IMG/VR virus record: IMGVR_UViG_3300006016_000003
Coordinates: 1 to 35,549 of that record
Length of the DNA stretch: 35,549 nucleotides
DNA from: a virus
Taxonomy: Duplodnaviria > Caudoviricetes
Direction: 5' to 3' (one strand)
Positions within the stretch are counted from its first letter, which is position 1, and every line of letters starts with the position of its first letter. Positions 18,001 to 25,650 of the stretch are shown here, piece by piece. The notes beneath the pieces are model-generated. The model was not told the origin of the DNA and ran no database searches. It worked only from the letters and a program-made list of their open reading frames with translations. The position numbers and the translations under genes are program-made.

Positions 18001-18529
18001 GACGATCATTTTCGACACGGATACGCTCGGCGGCCGCCAGAATACGGTCGAGGTCGGCATCGGGGAGAACATCACCAAAGATGCCATCTCTCCGGCCATT
18101 GCCGATCAGGTCATCAAGACCTTTGGCGGTCTCACGAATGTTGAGGAGGTCGCGGTCGCCCTGTTTGCCGAGGACGCGGGCACCGCCATCAGGACCGAGT
18201 GCAAGGACATCGTCCATTGCAGCCATCTGGCGGCGCATAGCCGAAGTTCGGCGATCGATATCGTCGGCTAGATTGAGGGCGGCGCTCTGGTGCGGAGTGG
18301 CAACGCCGTCTTTGTCGATCTTGATGCTTGCCCGAATATCGCGGGCGATCCGCTCAAGAGCCTTAAGCTCACGCTCAAGCTTTTTGACTTCGCGAGTGGC
18401 ATCGCGGGCTTCCCTGTCGACAGTGTCGAAGCCCTTTTTTGCGGAGTCACCGATCTTGTCAAAAAGGTCAATGAGTTCCCTACCGCCCAAGACCTCAAGT
18501 CTGGCGCGCAGCGTGTTTGAAATCGCCAT
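15005..18529 (-). CDS. Tape measure protein
   Basis: 1174 aa, helical, hydrophobic Gly/Ala segments, W/F periodicity; position after the chaperones. Confidence 0.88.
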   Translation of the reverse strand: MAISNTLRARLEVLGGRELIDLFDKIGDSAKKGFDTVDREARDATREVKKLERELKALERIARDIRASIKIDKDGVATPHQSAALNLADDIDRRTSAMRRQMAAMDDVLALGPDGGARVLGKQGDRDLLNIRETAKGLDDLIGNGRRDGIFGDVLPDADLDRILAAAERIRVENDRLFGNINERARAADEAERNRPPPRPRRDPAAPPAPDAEAKREAAEEARRKRDQEREKRIKDAQDRRAEQAARDAKRDQDYRDNMVRERQRIDDEIKRSREKLRADLEENRRRLQRDLDAQRTRIETDRTALNEQMARERRTFRDELARARADHTSEVDRINRKHQADMNQLRTDHNEQIRRERSDFLRTMGAERSRSRAQLGRERAQFVTDLANERSSHAATMARERADFTSQQMRDRAANTARLNAARTLHRDELNRERLAHTATVDAERRRFSTLLAGERAAHIARLTADRAAIARLNSDLAALRAAFAGINRGGRDFTARAPRLTAVARGIGRAFSDAGSDVWKFVNALKGLEFAVGKSALRVGIGSLLGVLAAGLAALGGAAVLAGISAIAVLASFNAQKLENAAASVGQALDSFTAMKYAAGSQGIMFDDYVAGAQALRTAMIGIMKQEEQFAGASELFQKFQIPLLTSDGKDLTSQFHVLRRMADLVKAMPNDNVRIEFLTNIGGPELAKLLPMLKDGSASIDDSARRAMEMGVVLTAAQVAELEKLKIQAYDIWQIMIGLSYKLAAEIMPSLIPVLQAINNWMLANEGAITGGLVKTFDYLIQVTKDFWNLWNSGGDADVVLGWTATFWYVSETIINALNRIWDGIVVGYELAKPALTAMSDYFGMSGPLEAALTILAGQLIGTTGLFIAVGKFGAAAARIVTNALKNLLLPAAQLVLGVVTGIIGWPLLLVAGLAGITLYWDKIEQLFTWAWAEFKKTFPNTAAYLEETFGDALEVVKNFTTDMLGNFRQRFPEVIKLFDTTRAALDSLWTSMKSLNWGLVFEGLNATGIYLIEQLSNALETLSPILRYLVENTLGSIKTILEQISQYWTNSKIQGQIDGQLSAELSMDPEMFKAYSAMLGSGNTLVEQKYGNNPVMGNVVDQMLGRASVQSPMSLATQVPTNAPSAAQTPVTVNLSNGDTIVMMTEEEGVAERLSKYSRTSAASSPGWNR

Positions 18530-18538
18530 GTTGCAGCC

Positions 18539-19180
18539 TTAGGTTTGGGGAAAGTGTTGCCGAAATTTGGCGGGGAGGAGCCTAAAGGCCTCGCGAGAAC
18601 GGCGCTCAAGGGAGACGCGCTTTTTCTGACGGGTCCATGGTCGCAGATTGAAAAGGAAGACAGTTTCCTCTTCGATCTTGGCGGCCAGAAAGGTGTCTTG
18701 TTCGTGCTTAATGACGAACAGGTCACCGAACAGCCGACGAGCCTTGTCAGTCTGGGACAGCCGTCTGTCTTTGCCGCGACCGCCGTCATTTACCTGATGA
18801 AGTCCGAGTTTCTCTGCTTCAGCAGTTGGGATCGCGAGGAAGGAGGCCTTGGCTGGCGTGATGCGGCCACCGTCTTCGAAGATGTGCGCCCAGCTCGGGT
18901 TTGCCTGGATCGTCGCGGCGGGAGAGTAGGAGAACCGACCCGTCTTTCCGCTTGGGAAATCGTAGACCCGGAAAGAATTCTCGAATTTCGAGTTGCCGCC
19001 CATTTTGTTTTTGAAGTTGCGGCGGACATCGCCACGGATGGTTGTCTTGGCGGTGTCGCTGACATCACGCATGGCAGCGGTTACAGCCCTGCCAATCGGG
19101 TGTTTCAGGTCATCAAAATATTCTCTTGGATCGACCAGTTCCTTGAAGCCGAACGAGATTTTGAGGTCCTTTTTTGCCAT
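18539..19180 (-). CDS. Tail completion protein (DUF6441/gpZ-like)
   Basis: Basic protein with AVTAAMR, FEDGG.I and FLAIPT motifs. Confidence 0.65.
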   Translation of the reverse strand: MAKKDLKISFGFKELVDPREYFDDLKHPIGRAVTAAMRDVSDTAKTTIRGDVRRNFKNKMGGNSKFENSFRVYDFPSGKTGRFSYSPAATIQANPSWAHIFEDGGRITPAKASFLAIPTAEAEKLGLHQVNDGGRGKDRRLSQTDKARRLFGDLFVIKHEQDTFLAAKIEEETVFLFNLRPWTRQKKRVSLERRSREAFRLLPAKFRQHFPQT

Positions 19181-19187
19181 AGGGACC

Positions 19188-19457
19188 TCACTTCGTCATG
19201 CGCTTGATGTAGTCCTTGAAGGCCTTTTCATCGCCGTGTTCCGCGACCCTGACTGCGGATGCGAGAGCAGCGAAATGTTCTTCGGACTCCCAATGTGCGA
19301 ATTGCTCATAGGCGCTGAGTTGTCTCGGTGTCATCTGCCAGACATTTTCGAGACCGAGCCGTGGGGCGAGCTTGGCGATAGTGCGTCCCAGCCAGTGTTC
19401 TAGCTTGTCGCGCTCTCGTCTTGCGCCGCCGCCAGACCCAGCGCCGTCAGGAAATCC
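19188..19457 (-). CDS. Tail assembly chaperone GT extension (-1 frameshift ORF, absent from ORF track)
   Basis: Open -1 frame GFPDGAGSGGGARRERDKLEHWLG...VWQMTPRQL...KRMTK*; W.MTPRQ is typical of gpT. Confidence 0.7.
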   Translation of the reverse strand, partial: GFPDGAGSGGGARRERDKLEHWLGRTIAKLAPRLGLENVWQMTPRQLSAYEQFAHWESEEHFAALASAVRVAEHGDEKAFKDYIKRMTK

Positions 19458-19843
19458 GCGACACCTGATGGGAAGGTCAGGTCATAGGCGCTCTTCAGGA
19501 AAAGCAGCTGAGTGGTGAACGGAAGATCGCGGACTACAGCCTCGGCCTTGAGGATATCGGCGGAACTTGTTCTTGGTAGCCTGGTAGCCCAGACAACAGC
19601 GGTCGGGATGACGCTCTGGCTGAGTGTGTCGAGGACAGCCGTGTCGGCACCGGTGATAATCTGCTGGAAACTCTGACCTTGGTCGGAGGCTTCCTTGAAA
19701 CTGGTGACGACACCCTGAATTTCGTCGCGGTAGCTCGCGAGCAAGTCGGCGATCGCCTCGGCGGACCAGCCAAAGACATTGATCTTGTCGTCGCCAATGG
19801 TGACCTCGCGGCTCTGTGGCGACAGTGTGAGTAGTGAAGACAT
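19400..19843 (-). CDS. Tail assembly chaperone (gpG-like)
   Basis: Between major tail and tape measure genes; LTFP.G..DF C-terminus. Confidence 0.75.
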   Translation of the reverse strand: MSSLLTLSPQSREVTIGDDKINVFGWSAEAIADLLASYRDEIQGVVTSFKEASDQGQSFQQIITGADTAVLDTLSQSVIPTAVVWATRLPRTSSADILKAEAVVRDLPFTTQLLFLKSAYDLTFPSGVADFLTALGLAAAQDESATS

Positions 19844-19881
19844 TGAAGTACCTCTGGGTGATGATGAACGGTCGGGAAAAC

Positions 19882-19909
19882 GAAAAGCGCCCCCGTGGGA
19901 GCGCCTTTC
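19882..19909 (-). terminator. Terminator after the major tail gene
   Basis: GCGCTCCCACGGGGGCGC followed by TTTTCGTTTT on the minus strand. Confidence 0.65.
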
Positions 19910-19930
19910 AAAGTCATGAATTCGGGTGAA

Positions 19931-20701
19931 TTAGGCTGCGAGCGTCTGCTCGACGCCGAATGCGAATTCCTCGGAATTGCCTTCTGCGAGGGCCTTCACG
20001 GCATCGGCAAGGCATTCACCTTCGATCTCGATACCTGCACGCTCGTTGCCGATGTATCCGCGACCGCTCGATGGTGTCAGGCGAACCTTCCAGAGGCGAA
20101 CATGGACCTTCTTTCCACGGATGTTGTTGCCGACGAGAAGCAGCTCACACTCGATATCCGGGTTTCCACCGATGCCCGTCTTGAGGCGATCAGAGGCAGG
20201 CAGGATGTCGGCGCAGCTGTAGGTGACCACGAATTCCGCAAAGACCTTCAGCGGCTGAATAAGGCCGGACTTAGCGTCCACCGTGTAGTCCACGCCAAGC
20301 ACGAGTTCGTTCGCGAGATCGTCGGTCACTGAAGCAACCGTCACGTCGAAGCGGTCGAGGGAATAGAACTGGTTCGCAACCGTGTCGGTGATCGTCTTTT
20401 CCAGTGCCGGCGCAGCCACCTGTGTCATGATGCCATTCGAGCCCATGACGGCGAGGGCGCGGTTGCGGTTCGTGTGCTGCATGAGCGTCATGCTGACGGA
20501 GACACCAATATCGGTGACCTGGCTGTCAGAGGTACGGGCAACGCCCCAGCGGTTGTCCTTGCGCTCGTCCCGTTCGACATCCACGGATGTCTCGAAGGCG
20601 TCCATGTCGCCAAGTTCCTCCCAATAGTCGTTGTCGCCGAAGCGAGCAAAGGCAAAGCCCTTGGGAATGACATAGTTGCCGGAAATTGGATTGATGTTCA
20701 T
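19931..20701 (-). CDS. Major tail tube protein
   Basis: NY.I.KG...F, LG....FE, LVLGVDYTVD..SG.I, N..G......LWKV.LTP motifs; SD AGGAG. Confidence 0.85.
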   Translation of the reverse strand: MNINPISGNYVIPKGFAFARFGDNDYWEELGDMDAFETSVDVERDERKDNRWGVARTSDSQVTDIGVSVSMTLMQHTNRNRALAVMGSNGIMTQVAAPALEKTITDTVANQFYSLDRFDVTVASVTDDLANELVLGVDYTVDAKSGLIQPLKVFAEFVVTYSCADILPASDRLKTGIGGNPDIECELLLVGNNIRGKKVHVRLWKVRLTPSSGRGYIGNERAGIEIEGECLADAVKALAEGNSEEFAFGVEQTLAA

Positions 20702-20723
20702 GAATGAAGCTCCTGTTTAGCTG

Positions 20724-21191
20724 TTAGATTGTGGGTTGGCTGGTTGGATCGAAGACAAACGGGATGCTTACATCGATCATGAATGCCCCTGCTGCGGGGG
20801 AGGTGGCTTTTGCTGGCGTGGGGAATACGGCACCGTCGATGCCGATCCCTCCATCGTGCAGCGCAAGGATTTGCATGAGGTCTCGGTCGCGGAAAAGCGC
20901 GCCCATAACCTTGTCAAAAAGTGCGTTGGTCTGTGTCCCGATGGTCTCGGAAGACCCTTCGACGTAGCCCCAGACCTGAGGTGTCAGCGTCATCGGAAAG
21001 AGCGGGTTCCGTCCGCCGACTACGGCATCCTTGCGATCAGTGTCGCCATAGAGATCGCCGTCGTAGAGAACGATCGCCGAAGCGGTGTCGTCATCGATCT
21101 TGTGGGTGCGGTTCCGCTCGCAGAGTTCAATGCCTTCGATGCGACAGAGAGCGGCGAACAATGCGGAAATTATTTCTTCACGAGCGGTCAT
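20724..21191 (-). CDS. Tail terminator protein
   Basis: MT.RE.I..ALF..L...ERN motif; directly upstream of the major tail gene; ATGA overlap. Confidence 0.65.
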   Translation of the reverse strand: MTAREEIISALFAALCRIEGIELCERNRTHKIDDDTASAIVLYDGDLYGDTDRKDAVVGGRNPLFPMTLTPQVWGYVEGSSETIGTQTNALFDKVMGALFRDRDLMQILALHDGGIGIDGAVFPTPAKATSPAAGAFMIDVSIPFVFDPTSQPTI

Positions 21192-21526
21192 CGGATGATC
21201 TCCAGAACGAGAGCCCACTCGCCATTGCCTTTGACCCCGACTTGCTCGGTGCCTTTGATCCTGTAGGCATCGACCTCACCATTGATGACGATGGTGCCGC
21301 CCGATGGCTTTTCAGGACACTGGGAATGGCGGACCAGAACGCCCGCATCCTCGAGAGCAAGCCCGGGGATCATTGTTGTCTGACCTTTGGCGTTCATCAG
21401 CTGGAAGCCGTCGCGATGATCAAGGATGAGACAGGGGATGACCTGGCTGGATTTGGTCGTGATGACTGCTGGAGTGCCCCAGAGGCCATAAGACGGATCG
21501 AGGAGGATGGAATTCATGTCGATCAT
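21188..21526 (-). CDS. Head-tail joining (head closure) protein
   Basis: MID...LLDP.Y..WG.PA and GE..LVL motifs; synteny. Confidence 0.65.
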   Translation of the reverse strand: MIDMNSILLDPSYGLWGTPAVITTKSSQVIPCLILDHRDGFQLMNAKGQTTMIPGLALEDAGVLVRHSQCPEKPSGGTIVINGEVDAYRIKGTEQVGVKGNGEWALVLEIIR

Positions 21527-21541
21527 GGTTCAATCCTTCGA

Positions 21542-21576
21542 TAGCGATCAGGCGCATTAACAGCGCCTGATCGCTA
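21542..21576. terminator. Perfect 14-bp hairpin after the cement gene
   Basis: TAGCGATCAGGCGC-attaaca-GCGCCTGATCGCTA. Confidence 0.6.
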
Positions 21577-21580
21577 AGCG

Positions 21581-21943
21581 TTAGCTTCCGGGTGTAACTG
21601 CAACGCCGTCGAGTCGGACCTGTACGATTGCGCCGTTGTTGGCAAAACCAACGACCACGCCGATCATGTAAGTGTTGGGGTCGGTAGGTGTTCCACCGTT
21701 AATATCGCCTTGGACGGTCCGAAAGTAGGCCTTGTCTCCAGGGATGACGACAGGATCGGAATTTGGAAATTCGAACACGCCCGTAACGTGCAGCGAGCTA
21801 GTTTCAAATCCTGTTACAGGTTCTGCGGCCGTCTCAGCGGCTACGCCGAAGAGATTGCCGATGACGTAGCCCTTACCGACTTCCATGCCGCCTGCGGGCA
21901 CTAAGACTTCGATGATATTTCCAGGCTGGATGTATGTTCTCAT
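21581..21943 (-). CDS. Capsid cement/decoration protein (DUF2190 family)
   Basis: MRTYIQPG..I, IGNLFGVA, TGVF, VRLDG; SD AAGGA. Confidence 0.8.
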   Translation of the reverse strand: MRTYIQPGNIIEVLVPAGGMEVGKGYVIGNLFGVAAETAAEPVTGFETSSLHVTGVFEFPNSDPVVIPGDKAYFRTVQGDINGGTPTDPNTYMIGVVVGFANNGAIVQVRLDGVAVTPGS

Positions 21944-21992
21944 GAGTGATGTTCCTTCTGATTGAAAATGAGTGGGTAGGATTGGGTATGCA

Positions 21993-22012
21993 AAAGGGGG
22001 CCGTAGCCCCCT
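21993..22012 (-). terminator. Terminator after the capsid gene
   Basis: AGGGGGCTACGGCCCCC followed by TTTT on the minus strand. Confidence 0.6.
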
Positions 22013-22039
22013 CATTTCAGTCCGTGGACTGGTTGGCCG

Positions 22040-23980
22040 TTAGGCCTTCTTGAAGCGGTAAATGGCTTTTTCGCCGTTGGCATCGACACCGAAATCGTGG
22101 ATGACGCGCATCTCGGCTCCGTCGACATCCCAACCTTCCTTGGTCTCTACGCTCGGGCCTTCAGCGCCGCCGAGGTAGCCGTAGGTGAGGGTTTCAGCAT
22201 CGGCTGTGGAAGTCGCGAGGTACCAGGAAGCGTGGTCGTCCAACTCAGCATCAGAGATGACCTGAAGCTTGTTGCTCCAGATGTTCACGTCGCCCGTCGC
22301 GGTAGCGAGGATTGCCGTCATCAGCTTTTCAGCTTCTGTCTCGTCATCAGTGCCGACGATCAGGTATCTCGCCGTCAGGTTCAGGGGGATGCCGTCCGAA
22401 CGCTGCTTACGCATCGCTGCACGAGCGGCGGAGAGTGCCTCCAAAGTCGGGACTGCGACGACAGAAGCGTGCAAGTTGCCGTGGTCAGCATGGAACAGCG
22501 TCTTGCCATCAGTCATCTTGCGGTTGGTCTTCAGAACCGCCCAGGCAAGCTGATTTTCCTGTGCCGCGATCCGACGACCTGACTTTCCGATCATGTCGGA
22601 AACGATGCCAAGGCTGTCGTTGATCAGGAGATGTCTGGTGATACCAAGCTTGATCGCCTTGGTCTTCAGCTGCACCGACTCGGTGCTAGCGTCAGACAGT
22701 GCGGCCGACTTGATTTCGCCGTGTTCCGACAGGTCCTGAAGCGCAGGGAATTCACCCGAACGCAGGACATAGTGAGGGCGGAAGTCGTCGAAGTTACGCT
22801 GACGTGCGATGGCCTTGTAGGACGGCTTAGCCGCCATATAGTCGGAAAGCACAACGCGGTGGGCGGCATCGGCGAGGATGACAGGGAAATCCGAAGTTCC
22901 CTGTAGAGCGCGCTTTGCAAGGGCTTCCTTGTTGAACCGCACCTTTTCGCCGCGGGACTGCTCAAGCTCGCAGTAGGCTTCGAGCATCGAATACGAGCGG
23001 AACTCGTTGGCCTTGCCCTCAAGTTTGATCGCAGGGTTCATCTTGTGGGAGAGAGCGTTGACAATTGCCTCTCTGATAACGATCGGGTCCTCATTGCTGT
23101 GGCCGATGGTGACATTGCTGCGGATGTCGTTCTTTTCGTCGGCGGTTGCCAACTGATCGAGAATCGCAGCGCGAGCCTGATCGAGGGACTTGCCATCGGT
23201 GATCAGCTGATCGGCAAAAGTAGTTTCGAGCTTGGCCTTGCGGACAGCCTCGGTAATGCCGGAAACGCGAGTGCGCTCTTCCGTGCGGGCTTCGAGAGCA
23301 GCCGCAGAACGGACAGTCTCGAGTTCAGCAGCGCGAGCGGCGAGGTCGGCAGTGTTGTCGATGGTAACAGGTGTAGTCATTGGGATAGACCTTTCAATTG
23401 TGGGGGTTTTTGGTTCAACCGGGATGTCGCCGGCGATTTCGATGACGCAGTCCTGGGTTTCCCCATCGCTACGGATGACCGCGCCAGCGTCGGCGGGGAT
23501 AGAGACAAGCGAGAGCTCCATTGGCTCCCAGTCGACGGCGCGCATGACGGGGATAGAACCCGCTACACCGAGGATTTTCTGATAGCGGTGGACGCGATAT
23601 CCGACCGAAACGGTGCGGACGATGCGCTGATCCAGCTTGTTTTTGATGGCATCGGCCTCAGGTGTGCCTGTTTCCATGCGGAACTCGACGTAGCCCTTGC
23701 CGCCCTCAATCCAGTGCTTCTCGATGACACCAAACTGGTTCTGAACAAACTGCCGATGGTCGAGCAGGATCGGAACGATGCCGTTGTCGAGGCGCTCGGT
23801 GCGGATGTGACCAGCTTGAAGCGAAAGCTCCTCGGAATAAGGTCCTTCTTCGTAATCCATGCGCCTGACGGCGGCACCTGTGCTGTAGACGGCGCGATAT
23901 GTGTTCGGCGACCCTTCTACAGTCTGGATGACAGCCTCGCGGTGCAGGACAGGAAGTTTGGCGGTGGTTGGTGTCGTCAT
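22040..23980 (-). CDS. Prohead protease / major capsid fusion protein
   Basis: Protease motifs LLDH, SVGY, WEP.ELSLV.IPAD; capsid motifs TSDFP.IL, INDSLG, LFHADHGNL, DFG. Confidence 0.92.
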   Translation of the reverse strand: MTTPTTAKLPVLHREAVIQTVEGSPNTYRAVYSTGAAVRRMDYEEGPYSEELSLQAGHIRTERLDNGIVPILLDHRQFVQNQFGVIEKHWIEGGKGYVEFRMETGTPEADAIKNKLDQRIVRTVSVGYRVHRYQKILGVAGSIPVMRAVDWEPMELSLVSIPADAGAVIRSDGETQDCVIEIAGDIPVEPKTPTIERSIPMTTPVTIDNTADLAARAAELETVRSAAALEARTEERTRVSGITEAVRKAKLETTFADQLITDGKSLDQARAAILDQLATADEKNDIRSNVTIGHSNEDPIVIREAIVNALSHKMNPAIKLEGKANEFRSYSMLEAYCELEQSRGEKVRFNKEALAKRALQGTSDFPVILADAAHRVVLSDYMAAKPSYKAIARQRNFDDFRPHYVLRSGEFPALQDLSEHGEIKSAALSDASTESVQLKTKAIKLGITRHLLINDSLGIVSDMIGKSGRRIAAQENQLAWAVLKTNRKMTDGKTLFHADHGNLHASVVAVPTLEALSAARAAMRKQRSDGIPLNLTARYLIVGTDDETEAEKLMTAILATATGDVNIWSNKLQVISDAELDDHASWYLATSTADAETLTYGYLGGAEGPSVETKEGWDVDGAEMRVIHDFGVDANGEKAIYRFKKA

Positions 23981-25458
23981 TGTTCATTGTCCTTGATTAC
24001 GGAGACCTTCGAGGGCTTCGGTGCGTTAAGCTGCTTGGGCTTGGCGAACGGATGAGCGAAACCGTCCTTCTCGAAACTGTCGACTTCAGCTTTCAAAGCC
24101 TTGAGGTGTTTGCGTGGATTTAGACCACGTGACTTCACGCGATCCGCCCAGGTCGATAGTCCGCCCTGCATGTCCTGAATTTCAGCAGCGCCGTCCTTTT
24201 TCGGATCGACAAACTGCGTCTTCGGCATCGTGATCTCGACGGTGTGTTCTTCAGATGGCCAGAGGTCGATGCGGAAACCAGCTTCGACGAACCACTTGGC
24301 TACGGTCTCAACCGTTGGCGCAACGACGAGCCACTGGAGCTGGCTGACCGCCTGGTTGAACTCCATTTTTCCAGCTCTCAGGGAGCTGTAGTTTGCGCCC
24401 GTCAGGTCGCTCGATGCCTGGTCGTATGTCAGGCCAACACCAGAAGCGATCAGCCTGATAAACGCAGGAAGAAGGATGGCGTGGCTGCCCGAGCTGCTCG
24501 GATCGAAGGCATGTGCTTTGTCGCCCTTGCGGAGACGGCGGACCATGCCAGGCTCAAGTTCAAATTCGTTGTCGGCCTTGCGGGCAGGGGAGCCAGGAGG
24601 TGTAACGCCGTCCTGATCTTCCTCGATCATGATGGTGAAGCACGCTTCGATCTTCGCCTTCATCATGAGGGCTTCGATGTAGTCGTCCAGATCGCGGATT
24701 CTATTCACAACGGCATGCAGCCATGTGATCCCGTGGTTCTGAGACCGATCCTTCCGGAACATGTGAATGACGTTCTCGGCGGGGATGGCTACCGAGTCGA
24801 TCGATGAGCGGATTGAGGTCCTTGTTTCACCTGGATGCTCGGTGAACATCCAGTAGTAGGCTCGAACCGATGGGCGATCCTTGAAATATTCGATGCCCTG
24901 GATAATGGGATTTCCACGTTCCGACGTGCCATTCTTGTCGTGATGAAGAAAATCGGGTTCAAGCACCTGTAGCTGGAGCGGAACCGTCAGATGTGGGTAC
25001 TTCTTTGGACTTCTGACACGCTTGACAATAAAGCTGCTGCCAGCTTCGACCATGATGCGTGCAGCGAGGTTCTGGAGGCCATAATAGTCGAGTTGTCCGT
25101 CAGCATCGCACTGCGTAGAACCAGCCCAAATATCGAACTTTGTCGCCTTTTTGGCTCCACCTACGCCCGTAAAATCGACCGTAATGCCGTCACCGATCAG
25201 GTGTAGCGCCCAAAGATCGACAATGCGCTTGGCAAGACCGTTGTCACGGACGAGCTGACGCACACGGTTGCGAGTTTTGACCATGGACGAGCCGATTTCG
25301 GCGTTTGCCCCGGTTCCCAGCGCTTTCCAATCATTACGACCGCGAAAGTCTCTCGCAGCGGCATAGGCACGGACTTGATCCATCGCCTCACGGGCGCGAA
25401 CCCGCTTGAAACCTGCACTAGGAGAAACGTAGCCAACGACGCGGTCGATAAAGTTCAT
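23977..25458 (-). CDS. Portal protein, lambda family
   Basis: R.R.LVRDN, QLQVLEPD.L, DLTGANYSS.R, VDPKKD. Confidence 0.93.
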   Translation of the reverse strand: MNFIDRVVGYVSPSAGFKRVRAREAMDQVRAYAAARDFRGRNDWKALGTGANAEIGSSMVKTRNRVRQLVRDNGLAKRIVDLWALHLIGDGITVDFTGVGGAKKATKFDIWAGSTQCDADGQLDYYGLQNLAARIMVEAGSSFIVKRVRSPKKYPHLTVPLQLQVLEPDFLHHDKNGTSERGNPIIQGIEYFKDRPSVRAYYWMFTEHPGETRTSIRSSIDSVAIPAENVIHMFRKDRSQNHGITWLHAVVNRIRDLDDYIEALMMKAKIEACFTIMIEEDQDGVTPPGSPARKADNEFELEPGMVRRLRKGDKAHAFDPSSSGSHAILLPAFIRLIASGVGLTYDQASSDLTGANYSSLRAGKMEFNQAVSQLQWLVVAPTVETVAKWFVEAGFRIDLWPSEEHTVEITMPKTQFVDPKKDGAAEIQDMQGGLSTWADRVKSRGLNPRKHLKALKAEVDSFEKDGFAHPFAKPKQLNAPKPSKVSVIKDNEQ

Positions 25459-25649
25459 TTATCACCCCTTCCGAAGACGACTTTTTGGTTTTGCGAGGCT
25501 CGACCGTGGACTTCAGCGATCATCAGAGCGAGGGTCGTCCGCATCTCCGCAGGGGAGTTGTAGACAATCGTTTTTCCACCCTCTGACGCTTGGCGAATGC
25601 CGCGGGCTAGTGATTGTTTGAGACTGTCGATATCCGCTTGGGTGTACAT
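25455..25649 (-). CDS. Head-tail joining protein (gpW-like)
   Basis: YTQADID.LK..LARG....G....Y.S..EM; between terminase and portal. Confidence 0.85.
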   Translation of the reverse strand: MYTQADIDSLKQSLARGIRQASEGGKTIVYNSPAEMRTTLALMIAEVHGRASQNQKVVFGRGDK

Positions 25650-25650
25650 A

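Noticed and set aside
23045-24055. Long + strand ORFs antisense to capsid, terminase and tape measure (for example 336 aa, 299 aa)
   Set aside because: Antisense shadows of GC-biased genes with no motifs or RBS
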